Origin: Actinomycetota bacterium
Lineage (GTDB): Bacteria > Actinomycetota > JAICYB01
Direction: 5' to 3'
Assembly: GCA_035640475.1 (NCBI GenBank)
Contig: DASQWC010000215.1
Span: 1,450-65,449, forward strand
Length of the DNA stretch: 64,000 nt
Numbering within the stretch: position 1 is the first letter of the stretch; each line of letters opens with the position of its first letter. Made by a program: the position numbers and the translations under genes. Positions 27,893-36,314 of this stretch are shown here, in pieces. Under the pieces are notes generated by a model. That model searched no databases. It saw nothing but the letters and a program-made list of their open reading frames with translations, and was not told the origin of the DNA.

Positions 27893-29047
27893 GTGACGAC
27901 AGCCAAGACCGTCGTCGTCATTCCCGGTGACGGGATCGGTCCCGAGATTTGGGCCGCCACGAGACCGGTTCTCGATGCGGCTCTCCAACACACGAGCGGG
28001 ACGACCGTCGTCTGGGACGAGTGGCCGGCCGGCGAGCGCGGGCTCGAGGAGTCGGGCGACCCGCTCCCGCGCACGACGCTCGAAGCCATCGGACGCCACC
28101 GCGTCGCGCTCAAAGGACCGCTGACGACACCCGTCGGCTCGGGGTTCCGCTCGATCAACGTGGCGCTGCGACTGCACTTCGACCTGTACGCGAACATCCG
28201 TCCCGTCCGCTGGCTGCCGGGCATCGCCACACCAGTCCGGCACCCGGAGCGCATCAATGCGGTGCTGTTCCGGGAGAACACCGAGGACGTCTACTCGGGC
28301 TACGAGCTCGAGCCCGGCACACCCGAGCTGCTCGCGCTCGCAGCGTTTTGCCGCGAACGATTCCGCTGGCCGATCCCGGCCGACGCGGGCGTCGGTCTGA
28401 AGCCGATCTCCGAGTCGGCGTCGAAGCGGCTCGTGCGCGCGGCACTGCGTTTCGCCGTCCGGGAGAAGCGGCGCTCGGTCACCCTCGTCCACAAGGGGAA
28501 CATCCAGAAGTTCACCGAGGGAAGGTTCCGCGCCTGGGGCTACGAAGTCGCCGTTGAAGAGTTCGCCGACACCTCGCGCATCGAAGCCGTCGACGTCGGC
28601 CCCGACGACGGCCGCGTGATCGTCCGCGATCTGCTCGCCGACGCCTTCCTCCAGGAGATCCTCATCAACCCAGAGCGCATCGACGTCATCGCAACGACGA
28701 ATCTGAACGGCGACTACATGTCCGAGGCACTGGCCGCACAGGTGGGAGGGATCGGCGTCGCTCCGGGAGGGAACGTGAACGAAGAAGCCGGCCGTGGGAT
28801 CTTCGAGCCCGCGCACGGCACGGCGCCGACACTCGCGGGACAGGACGCCGCCAATCCGATCGCCCTGATGCTGTCCGGCGCGATGCTGTTCGACTTTCTC
28901 GGGTGGCGCGATGCGGGAGACGCGGTGCGCAGCGCCGTCCACGACGTCGTCGACTCCGGAGTGGGCACCCCCGACCTCGGACTCGCCGAACACCTCGGAA
29001 CGAAAGCGTTCGGCGACCGCGTTACGGCCGCCGTCGGCTCAGCGTAG
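27893..29047 (+). CDS. icd: isocitrate dehydrogenase (NADP-type, isocitrate/isopropylmalate dehydrogenase family)
   Basis: VIPGDGIGPEI..., SINVALR..DLYANIRP, HKGNIQKFTEGRF (IDH-type rather than LeuB-type) and NLNGDYMSEALAAQVGGIG. Confidence 0.75.
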   Translation: MTTAKTVVVIPGDGIGPEIWAATRPVLDAALQHTSGTTVVWDEWPAGERGLEESGDPLPRTTLEAIGRHRVALKGPLTTPVGSGFRSINVALRLHFDLYANIRPVRWLPGIATPVRHPERINAVLFRENTEDVYSGYELEPGTPELLALAAFCRERFRWPIPADAGVGLKPISESASKRLVRAALRFAVREKRRSVTLVHKGNIQKFTEGRFRAWGYEVAVEEFADTSRIEAVDVGPDDGRVIVRDLLADAFLQEILINPERIDVIATTNLNGDYMSEALAAQVGGIGVAPGGNVNEEAGRGIFEPAHGTAPTLAGQDAANPIALMLSGAMLFDFLGWRDAGDAVRSAVHDVVDSGVGTPDLGLAEHLGTKAFGDRVTAAVGSA

Positions 29048-29602
29048 CTTCAGCGTCTCGGGCGACGGACCCGCGCGCGTCTGCTCGTAGGCATCGATGG
29101 CCGCCTCCGATGCGAGCGTGATCGCGATGTCGTCGAGGCCGTTGAGCAAGCGATGCTTGATGTCGGGGTCGATATCGAAGTGGACGACGCGGCCGCCGAA
29201 CGAGACGAGCTGCGCTTGGAGGTCGATATGGCATCCTTCGGCATTCATCAGGACTCTCACGTCTTCCTCGGGCAGCGAGATCGGGAGCAGCCCGTTCTTC
29301 GTCGCGTTGTTGTAGAAGATGTCGGCGAACGAAGGAGCAACGACCGCCTTGTAGCCGGCTTGCTGGATTGCCCACACCGCGTGCTCACGTGACGAGCCGC
29401 AGCCGAAGTTCCGCCCGGCGACGAGAACCTCGCCCTTCCCGAGCGTGATCTCGCCGTCGCGCACCCAGTCGTAGAACAGAAATTCGCCGAAGCCCGTGCG
29501 CTCGATGCGCTTCAAGAACTGCTTGGGAATGATCTGGTCGGTGTCGACGTCGGCCCGGTCGAGCGGCGCGACCTTCCCTTCTATGGTTCGGATCGCTTGC
29601 AT
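29039..29602 (-). CDS. leuD: 3-isopropylmalate dehydratase small subunit
   Basis: ORF 29039..29845. DVDTDQIIPKQFLK...LVAGRNFGCGSSREHA. Start at ATG 29602; the upstream in-frame extension is repeat copy C read in antisense. Confidence 0.92.
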   Translation of the reverse strand: MQAIRTIEGKVAPLDRADVDTDQIIPKQFLKRIERTGFGEFLFYDWVRDGEITLGKGEVLVAGRNFGCGSSREHAVWAIQQAGYKAVVAPSFADIFYNNATKNGLLPISLPEEDVRVLMNAEGCHIDLQAQLVSFGGRVVHFDIDPDIKHRLLNGLDDIAITLASEAAIDAYEQTRAGPSPETLKLR

Positions 29603-29623
29603 GTTGCGTACTCTTTTCGGCTC

Positions 29624-29702
29624 GTGCGCGCTCCCGCGCGCTCCCAGTTGATCGGGGGCGCTCACGCGGTCTTCGGCCGCTGCGCCCCCCGAACCCCCCG
29701 CG
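29624..29702 (+). repeat. GC-rich palindromic repeat element, copy C (in the leuC-leuD spacer)
   Basis: gtgcgcgctcccgcgcgctcccagttgatcgggggcgctcacgcggtcttcggccgctgcgccccccgaaccccccgcg. Confidence 0.8.
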
Positions 29703-29714
29703 AAGGCAGCTGCG

Positions 29715-31079
29715 TCATTCCCACTCGCGTATGTCGACAAAGTGCCCCTCGATCGCCGCTGCTGCGGCCATCTCCGGGCTGCACAGGTGCGTTCGCCCAC
29801 CGCGTCCCTGCCGGCCCTCGAAGTTCCTGTTCGACGTAGACGCACACCGTTCCTGCGGCTGCAAGATGTCCGGGTTCATGCCGAGGCACATCGAGCAGCC
29901 CGATTCGCGCCACTCGAATCCTGCCGCCGTGAACACCTCGTTGAGGCCCTCGGCCTCCGCCTCCGCCTTCACCTGCTGGGAGCCGGGAACGACCATCGCG
30001 CGCACCGTCGACGCGACCTTCCTGCCCGCGACCACCTTCGCGGCCGCACGCAGGTCTTCGATGCGCGAGTTCGTGCACGAACCGATGAACACGCGATCCA
30101 ACGAAATGTCCGTCATGGCCGTCCCGGGCTTCACACCCATGTAGATCAGCGCACGCTCGGCCGTCTCGCCGTCGGGCTGCGGCACGGAGCCCGTGACTTC
30201 GACGACCTGGCCCGGCGTCGTGCCCCACGTCACCATCGGCGCGAGACTCGACGCGTCGATCGTTTCCTCGCGGTCGAACGTTGCCCCCTCCTCGGTCGGC
30301 AGCTCGCGCCAGCGCGCCACCGCGTCACTCCATTCCTTCGGCACGGCGGGACGTCCCTCCAGGTATGAGAATGTCGTGTCGTCGGGCGCGATCATGCCGG
30401 CACGGCCGCCGCCCTCAATCGTCATGTTGCAGATCGTCATGCGGCCTTCCATCGACAGCGACTCGATGGCCGGTCCGGCATATTCGACGACGTGCCCGAC
30501 GCACCCATCGGTGCCGAGCCGTCCGATCGTGGCGAGGATGAGGTCCTTGGGTGTGACGCCGAAGCCGAGGACGCCCGAGTAATTGATGCGGAGCTGACGC
30601 GGCCGCTTCTGTACCAGGCACTGCGTCGCAAGCACGTGCTCCACTTCCGACGTTCCGATGCCGAAGGCCAGTGCACCGAACGCTCCGTGCGTCGCCGTGT
30701 GGCTGTCGCCGCAGACGATCGTCATGCCCGGCTGGGTGAACCCGAGCTCGGGTCCGATGACGTGGACGATGCCGCGCTTGTCCGAACCGACCGAATACAC
30801 CGGGATGCCGAACTCCTCACAGTTGCGCTCGAGCGCCTCGACCTGCTGTCGGGAAAGCTGATCGGAGATCTGCTGCGCGACGGGAATCCATTCCGTCGGC
30901 ACGTTGTGGTCGGCCGTCGCGACGGTTCGGTCCGGCCTGCGCACGCGACGACCGGTTATTCGCAGACCGTCGAACGCCTGCGGAGAAGTGACTTCGTGCA
31001 CGAGGTGCAGGTCGATGTAGATGAGACCGTCGGAGACCTCGTGCGTCTCCCAGATCTTGTCGAACAACGTCTTCGGCAT
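29715..31079 (-). CDS. leuC: 3-isopropylmalate dehydratase large subunit
   Basis: ORF 29715..31217. [15 protein letters not shown]...[14 protein letters not shown]...GDSHT...CSMCLGMN aconitase-family Fe-S motifs. Start at ATG 31079. Confidence 0.95.
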   Translation of the reverse strand: MPKTLFDKIWETHEVSDGLIYIDLHLVHEVTSPQAFDGLRITGRRVRRPDRTVATADHNVPTEWIPVAQQISDQLSRQQVEALERNCEEFGIPVYSVGSDKRGIVHVIGPELGFTQPGMTIVCGDSHTATHGAFGALAFGIGTSEVEHVLATQCLVQKRPRQLRINYSGVLGFGVTPKDLILATIGRLGTDGCVGHVVEYAGPAIESLSMEGRMTICNMTIEGGGRAGMIAPDDTTFSYLEGRPAVPKEWSDAVARWRELPTEEGATFDREETIDASSLAPMVTWGTTPGQVVEVTGSVPQPDGETAERALIYMGVKPGTAMTDISLDRVFIGSCTNSRIEDLRAAAKVVAGRKVASTVRAMVVPGSQQVKAEAEAEGLNEVFTAAGFEWRESGCSMCLGMNPDILQPQERCASTSNRNFEGRQGRGGRTHLCSPEMAAAAAIEGHFVDIREWE

Positions 31080-31657
31080 CAGGCCCTCCGCAACCCGGAC
31101 GTGACGACGGCGAGAAAGACCGCCGAGCGCTTGCCGGCGTTCTCGAAATGATGCGCGAGATCGGCGTCGAACGTCACCGCGTCGCCCTCCTCCAGCACGA
31201 ACCGATCCTCGCCGCATACGAGCGCGACGGTTCCGGTTTGCACGACGACCGTTTCCCGGCTTCCGGGCTCGTGCAGGGGCGGATCACCCGGACCGCCGGT
31301 CACAGCGCTCGGACGAAGCGTGTGCAGCGTGACGGAATGCGGCTGCCCGGGAAGCGGCGGCGTGAGCTCCTCGAAGCGGTGGCCGTCCCGGTGCACATCG
31401 CGTCGCTCCGCGCGTCGGACGAGCACGACGTGCGGCTCTTCGTCCAGCCGCAGCAGCCGCGAGAGCGTGAGATCGAGCCCGCCGGCGATCTTCGTCGCTA
31501 CGGCGAGGGTAGGGCTCGTCTCGCCGCGCTCGACCTGCGACAGCATCGGCGCACTGACGCCGGCCGTGCGCGCGAGCTCGCGCAGTGAGAGGCCTTTGGC
31601 CTCGCGCAGGCGCCGGACGCGCTCACCGAGCACGCTCGTCGTCTCGACAACGGTCAT
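31079..31657 (-). CDS. XRE-family HTH + cupin-domain transcriptional regulator
   Basis: [37 protein letters not shown] (HTH_XRE), then a C-terminal cupin ([16 protein letters not shown]). Its stop overlaps the leuC ATG by 1 nt (TGATG). Confidence 0.85.
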   Translation of the reverse strand: MTVVETTSVLGERVRRLREAKGLSLRELARTAGVSAPMLSQVERGETSPTLAVATKIAGGLDLTLSRLLRLDEEPHVVLVRRAERRDVHRDGHRFEELTPPLPGQPHSVTLHTLRPSAVTGGPGDPPLHEPGSRETVVVQTGTVALVCGEDRFVLEEGDAVTFDADLAHHFENAGKRSAVFLAVVTSGLRRA

Positions 31658-31662
31658 CGTCT

Positions 31663-31682
31663 GCGTATGCTATCACATACGC
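31663..31682. promoter_or_regulatory. perfect 7-6-7 inverted repeat, candidate operator
   Basis: gcgtatg-ctatca-catacgc lies 6 nt upstream of the regulator start codon (31657), in the 69-nt divergent gap. Confidence 0.4.
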
Positions 31683-31726
31683 TCGTTCGTCATCATTGGC
31701 AGCCCCCCGGGTGTACGGTCGTCGGC

Positions 31727-32737
31727 GTGGCCCTTCGGCTCGTGGCAGCGACCGGCGACTCGGTGGCCGTCGTAGACGGCGTGCCGGACCGTCCCAATGT
31801 GTCGATCGGCCTCGAGGGATCGGGCGCGCAATGCGTCGCCGTCGATTCGAACGATCCCGCCCGCATCGTGGCCGGAACGTTGGACCGCGGCATCTTTCTC
31901 AGCCGCGACGCCGGCCGGAGCTGGGACGACGTGACCGGTTCGATCCCCAACAAGCGCGTGCTGTCGGCCGCGTTCTCACCGTGCGACCAAAGCAACGGCC
32001 GATCGGTCATCTACGCGGGAACCGAGCCGTCCAGCGTCTACCGATCGCGGGACGACGGCGAGTCATGGGAGGACCTCGAGACGCTGCGTGAGCTACCGAG
32101 CGCCCCGACGTGGTCGTTTCCGCCGCGTCCGTGGACCCATCACGTGCGCTGGATTGCGCCGCATCACACGAACGCCCAGATCCTCTTCGTCGGCATCGAG
32201 CTCGGCGGCGTCCTGCGCACGCTCGACGGCGGCGCAACGTGGGACGACAGGCATCCGGAAGCGGTCATCGATCCGCACGTGCTCCGGACCCATCCGGTCG
32301 CAACCGACCGCGTGTACGCGGTCGGCGGCGACGGCATCTCGTTCTCCGTCGACACGGGTCACGGATGGCAGCGTGACGTCGACGGCATGGATCGGTTCTA
32401 CAGCTGGGGACTTGCCGTGGACCCCGAGGACCCGGAGCTCTGGTACGCGTCCGCGTCGACCGGGCCGATGCAAGCGCACGGCGACGGCGACGCGCAAGCG
32501 CGCCTGTACCGGCGGACCGCCCGCGCGTCGTGGCAGCCGCTCGATCTCGACGGCCTGGGCGGCGTGAGCTCGGCGCTGACGCGCATGCCCTACGCGCTCG
32601 CCGCGCCCGAGCATTCGACACTCGTCGTCGGGCTGCGCGACGGCGTCGTGCTTCTCACCCGTGACGCGGGTGAGACGTGGCACACGCCGAATGTCCGGTT
32701 ACCGGGCATCCTCGCGCTTGCCGTCGCGTCTGTGTAG
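31727..32737 (+). CDS. BNR/Asp-box repeat beta-propeller protein
   Basis: ORF 31667..32737 with repeated SxDxGxxW boxes (SRDAGRSWD, SRDDGESWE, TLDGGATWD, SVDTGHGWQ, TRDAGETWH). GTG 31727 chosen; the start is uncertain. Confidence 0.7.
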   Translation: MALRLVAATGDSVAVVDGVPDRPNVSIGLEGSGAQCVAVDSNDPARIVAGTLDRGIFLSRDAGRSWDDVTGSIPNKRVLSAAFSPCDQSNGRSVIYAGTEPSSVYRSRDDGESWEDLETLRELPSAPTWSFPPRPWTHHVRWIAPHHTNAQILFVGIELGGVLRTLDGGATWDDRHPEAVIDPHVLRTHPVATDRVYAVGGDGISFSVDTGHGWQRDVDGMDRFYSWGLAVDPEDPELWYASASTGPMQAHGDGDAQARLYRRTARASWQPLDLDGLGGVSSALTRMPYALAAPEHSTLVVGLRDGVVLLTRDAGETWHTPNVRLPGILALAVASV

Positions 32738-32802
32738 CGCGACCTGCTTCGCGAGTGACCCGTCTATCCTGGGTATAGCGTCTGAGAAGTGTCCGAGAAC
32801 CG

Positions 32803-33663
32803 ATGAGTACCGACGCACAGCCTCTGAGGATCGTCCAGCTCTCCGACATCCATTGCGGAGAGGTGACTTTCGACGCCAAGCGCATGGAGTCGATCGTCCA
32901 GGACGTCAACGAGCTGGCGCCGGATCTCGTCATCGTCGTCGGCGATCTGACGGCGGCCGGCTACGAGTGGGAGTTCGCCGAGGCCGCCGACTGGCTCGGT
33001 CAGCTCGAGTTCCCGATGGTGGTCGTCCCGGGCAACCACGACGCGCGCAACGTGGGCTACCTGCACTTCGAGCACTACTTTGGCGACCGCTTCTCGTCAC
33101 ACCGGATCGCCCTCCACGGTGGGCGTGCACAGCACATCGGTGCACCCGGCGTCACGGTTGTCGCCGTCGACTCATCGGAGCCCGACCTGAACGAGGGACA
33201 GATCGGACGCGAGCGTTACCCGTGGATCCGTGAGCAGTTCACGCATCCGGACGATCTGAAGATCTTCGTCATCCACCACCATCTCGTCGCGATCCCGGGC
33301 ACCGGACGCGAGCGCAACACGATCAACGACGCCGGCGACGTGCTTGCCGAGCTCTCGCAGCTCGGGATCGACGTCGTGCTTTCCGGACACAAGCACGTCC
33401 CGTACTTCTGGGGCATCACGGGTCTTCTCATTTGCAACTCGGGAACCGCAACGACCAAGCGCTTGCGCGGTCTCACGCCGTCGTCGTGGAGCGAGCTCGA
33501 GGTCGATGCTCAGTCGATCAAGGTGTACCTGCACTACGAGAACGGACGGCGCGAGCTCGCATGCGTGCGCAGCCGAGGAACGCGCGCCATGGTGCGAGAA
33601 GGCTTCTACATCACCGACGAGTTCCTCGCGACAAACCACCTGCTGCCGCCGCGTTTGCCTTGA
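32803..33663 (+). CDS. metallophosphoesterase
   Basis: LSDIHCG...VVGDLT...GNHD...HHH...GHKH calcineurin-like phosphoesterase motifs. Confidence 0.85.
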   Translation: MSTDAQPLRIVQLSDIHCGEVTFDAKRMESIVQDVNELAPDLVIVVGDLTAAGYEWEFAEAADWLGQLEFPMVVVPGNHDARNVGYLHFEHYFGDRFSSHRIALHGGRAQHIGAPGVTVVAVDSSEPDLNEGQIGRERYPWIREQFTHPDDLKIFVIHHHLVAIPGTGRERNTINDAGDVLAELSQLGIDVVLSGHKHVPYFWGITGLLICNSGTATTKRLRGLTPSSWSELEVDAQSIKVYLHYENGRRELACVRSRGTRAMVREGFYITDEFLATNHLLPPRLP

Positions 33664-33698
33664 CGTCGGTCGAACACCCCCGTACGCTCGTTGCGCTG

Positions 33699-33770
33699 AT
33701 GACGTACGCGAGCTGGTATTTCGGCTTTTTTGGCGCCCTGCGGCGCCCGGCCAGCGCGCGTCTGTCATAG
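33699..33770 (+). CDS. candidate leader peptide MTYASWYFGFFGALRRPASARLS (aromatic-codon rich)
   Basis: ATG 33699 to TAG 33770, which is the tail of track ORF 33432..33770. Six of codons 3-11 are Tyr/Trp/Phe. It lies between the upstream stop and a terminator in front of aroF. Confidence 0.55.
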   Translation: MTYASWYFGFFGALRRPASARLS

Positions 33771-33793
33771 CGGCAGAGCAAGCGAATCGGGAG

Positions 33794-33822
33794 CCCCGGG
33801 GCGAAGACCCGGGGTTTTTTTT
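33794..33822 (+). terminator. intrinsic terminator / attenuator hairpin
   Basis: ccccggg (33794-33800), loop gcgaaga, cccgggg (33808-33814), then T8 (33815-33822). The aroF ATG follows at 33833. Confidence 0.7.
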
Positions 33823-33832
33823 GTGAGGCAAG

Positions 33833-34891
33833 ATGGCGAAAAGGGGTGACATCGAGATGGTCGTCGTGATGGATACGAAAGCGCGATCCGCCGACATCGA
33901 ACGTGTCGTGCACGAGGTGGAGGCGGTCGGGGGCCAGGCCTTCGTGTCTCCGGGCAAGCTCCGCACTGTCATCGGACTCGTCGGCGATACCGCTCGGTTC
34001 ATGGAGCTGCCGCTCGCCACGCTGCCGCACGTCGAGCAAGTCATCCGCGTCGGCAAGCCGTACAAGCTCGTCGCCCGCGAGCTGCACCAGGAGGCGACGA
34101 TCGTGAACGTCGGCGGCGTCGCCATAGGCGAGGGAACCGTGACCGTCATCGCGGGACCGTGCGCGATCGAGAACGAGTCGCAAGCGCTCGAAGCGGCGCG
34201 CATGGCGCAGGAGGTCGGCGCCCACATTCTCCGCGGCGACGCCTACAAGCACCGATCTTCCCCGTACTCCTTCCAAGGACTCGCGAAGCGGGGCCTCGAG
34301 ATCCTCAAGCAGATGTCCATCGAGACGGGCATGCCGACCGTCACGGAGGTTCTCGAGCCCGGGGACGTCGAGCTCGTCGCCGAATACGCCGACATGCTCC
34401 GCGTCGGCACGCGGAACAGCCAGAACTTCCCGCTCCTGCGCGAGTGCGGCCGGTCCGGCAAGCCCGTCATGCTCAAGCGCGGCATGGCCTCCACGATCGA
34501 GGAATGGCTGATGGCGGCCGAGTACGTTGCCCGTGAAGGCAACAACGACATCGTGCTCTGCGAGCGCGGCATTCGAACGTACGAGGACGCCTACCGGAAC
34601 ACGCTCGACGTGTCCGCCGTCCCGGCGACGAAAGCACTGACGCATCTGCCGGTGATCGTCGACCCTTCGCACTCGGGCGGACGCCGCGAGCTCGTCGCTC
34701 CGCTGGCTCGAGCCGCCGTGGCGGCTGGGGCCGACGCGGTCATGATCGACGTCCATCCCGACCCCCGGACGGCTCTGTGCGACGGCCCGCAAGCCCTGAC
34801 GCGCGACGACCTGGCGGAGCTCTCCGGCGAGCTCTTCGCGATCGCCGAAGCCGTCGGCAAGAAGCCGGCAACACACGCGGCGCGGGGCTGA
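33833..34891 (+). CDS. aroF: 3-deoxy-7-phosphoheptulonate (DAHP) synthase, type I-beta with N-terminal ferredoxin-like regulatory domain
   Basis: An N-terminal ~70-aa domain (MVVVMDTKARSADIERVVHEVEAVGG), then IAGPCAIE...GDAYKHRSSPYSFQG...VGTRNSQNF...KRG...DPSHSGG. Confidence 0.9.
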   Translation: MAKRGDIEMVVVMDTKARSADIERVVHEVEAVGGQAFVSPGKLRTVIGLVGDTARFMELPLATLPHVEQVIRVGKPYKLVARELHQEATIVNVGGVAIGEGTVTVIAGPCAIENESQALEAARMAQEVGAHILRGDAYKHRSSPYSFQGLAKRGLEILKQMSIETGMPTVTEVLEPGDVELVAEYADMLRVGTRNSQNFPLLRECGRSGKPVMLKRGMASTIEEWLMAAEYVAREGNNDIVLCERGIRTYEDAYRNTLDVSAVPATKALTHLPVIVDPSHSGGRRELVAPLARAAVAAGADAVMIDVHPDPRTALCDGPQALTRDDLAELSGELFAIAEAVGKKPATHAARG

Positions 34892-34892
34892 G

Positions 34893-35894
34893 ATGCCGGG
34901 TCGCAAGGTCGCGCTCACGGGGATTCAGCCCTCGGGAACGCCGCACATCGGCAATTACCTCGGGATGATCCGGCCTGCCCTGGAGCTGGCGCGCGACTAC
35001 GACGCCTACTACTTCATCGCCGACGGTCACGCGCTGACGACCGTTCGCGATCCGCAGCTCCTGCGCGATCAGACATATGAGATTGCCGCCGTCATGCTCG
35101 CGCTCGGCCTCGATCCCGAACGCGTCGTCCTCTACAGGCAGTCGGACATCCGCGAGGTCTTCGAGCTGGCTTGGATACTGAGCTCCGTCACACCCAAGGG
35201 CCTACTCAATCGAGCCCACGCCTACAAGGACGCCGTCGCGGAGAACGAAGCCGCCGGGCGTCCTGCAGACGACGGCGTCTCCATGGGCTTGTTCTCGTAC
35301 CCCGTGCTGATGGCGGCCGACATTTTGATCGTCGACGCGAACGTCGTCCCAGTCGGCTCCGATCAGCGCCAGCATGTCGAGATGGCGCGCGACATGGCCG
35401 AGGCGTTCAATCGCGCCTACGGTGAGGTGTTCGTCCTACCCGAGCCTCTCATCGACGACTCGGTCGCGACGATCACGGGCCTCGACGGCCGCAAGATGTC
35501 GAAGAGCTACGGCAACGTGATCCCGATCTTCGGCTCGCCCGCCGAGCAGCGAAAGCTCGTCAAGAGGATCGTCACCGACTCGCGGCCCCCGGAGGAGCCG
35601 AAGGATCCGGAAACAGACAACCTGTTTCAGATCTACGCGAGCGTCGCCCCGCCCGAGCGCGTCGAAGCCATGCGCGAGCGGTACATCGCGGGCGGCCTGG
35701 GCTACGGCGAGGTCAAAGAAGAGCTGGCCGGCATCCTCGAGGACGTCTTCGCCGCGCCGCGCGATCGATACGATGCGCTCATGTCCGACCGCACTCGCAT
35801 CGAAGAGGTCCTCGCCGACGGCGCTCGCCGGGCGAGACAGGTCACGAACGCCGTCACGTCGCGGGCGCGCAAAGCCGTCGGGCTCGAGTCATAG
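34893..35894 (+). CDS. trpS: tryptophan--tRNA ligase
   Basis: GIQPSGTPHIGNYLG (HIGH) and GRKMSKSYGN (KMSKS). The start lies 1 nt after the aroF stop. Confidence 0.95.
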   Translation: MPGRKVALTGIQPSGTPHIGNYLGMIRPALELARDYDAYYFIADGHALTTVRDPQLLRDQTYEIAAVMLALGLDPERVVLYRQSDIREVFELAWILSSVTPKGLLNRAHAYKDAVAENEAAGRPADDGVSMGLFSYPVLMAADILIVDANVVPVGSDQRQHVEMARDMAEAFNRAYGEVFVLPEPLIDDSVATITGLDGRKMSKSYGNVIPIFGSPAEQRKLVKRIVTDSRPPEEPKDPETDNLFQIYASVAPPERVEAMRERYIAGGLGYGEVKEELAGILEDVFAAPRDRYDALMSDRTRIEEVLADGARRARQVTNAVTSRARKAVGLES

Positions 35895-35896
35895 CC

Positions 35897-36304
35897 GTGG
35901 CCGACCTCGTCGTCACACCGGACGGCATCGGCTACAAGCGGCGCAATCCGTGGGGCGTGTTCCTGCTGACCTTCATCACGCTCGGGATCTACGGGCTGGT
36001 CTGGTACTACAAAGTCAACAACGAGCTGAAGAACTTCGGCGTCCGCAACGACCCGGTGGTCGCGCTGCTCGCCGTGACGCTCGGCGCGACCGTCATCGTC
36101 CCGCCGTTCGTGTCCTACTACCGGACGGCCGCGCGCATCCAGAACGCGCAGGAGAACGCCGGTGCGAGCGAGCGCATGAGTCCGCTGGTCGGGCTCGTGC
36201 TGGTGATCTTCCTCAACACGTTCGCCTTCGTCTACTACCAGTCGCAGATCAACAAAGTCTGGGACGCGCTCGCATCACAGGGAGCGGACGTCCGACCCGC
36301 GTAG
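35897..36304 (+). CDS. DUF4234-type membrane protein
   Basis: RRNPWGVFLLTFITLGIYGLVWYYKVNNELKNFG is the DUF4234 signature. The GTG start lies 2 nt after the trpS stop. Confidence 0.7.
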   Translation: MADLVVTPDGIGYKRRNPWGVFLLTFITLGIYGLVWYYKVNNELKNFGVRNDPVVALLAVTLGATVIVPPFVSYYRTAARIQNAQENAGASERMSPLVGLVLVIFLNTFAFVYYQSQINKVWDALASQGADVRPA

Positions 36305-36314
36305 CGCGCGGCTG

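Noticed and set aside
29603-29845. N-terminal extension of leuD (and similar extensions of ispH, leuC, ltaE, echA and others in the ORF track)
   Set aside because: These extensions are Arg/Gly-rich, run through repeat or upstream-gene sequence, and precede internal ATGs that give canonical family N-termini with SD sequences.
33664-33832. T-box riboswitch upstream of aroF-trpS
   Set aside because: I could not find the conserved T-box sequence or a specifier-loop architecture, and the region is short (169 nt). The aromatic-codon mini-ORF plus terminator fits leader-peptide attenuation better.
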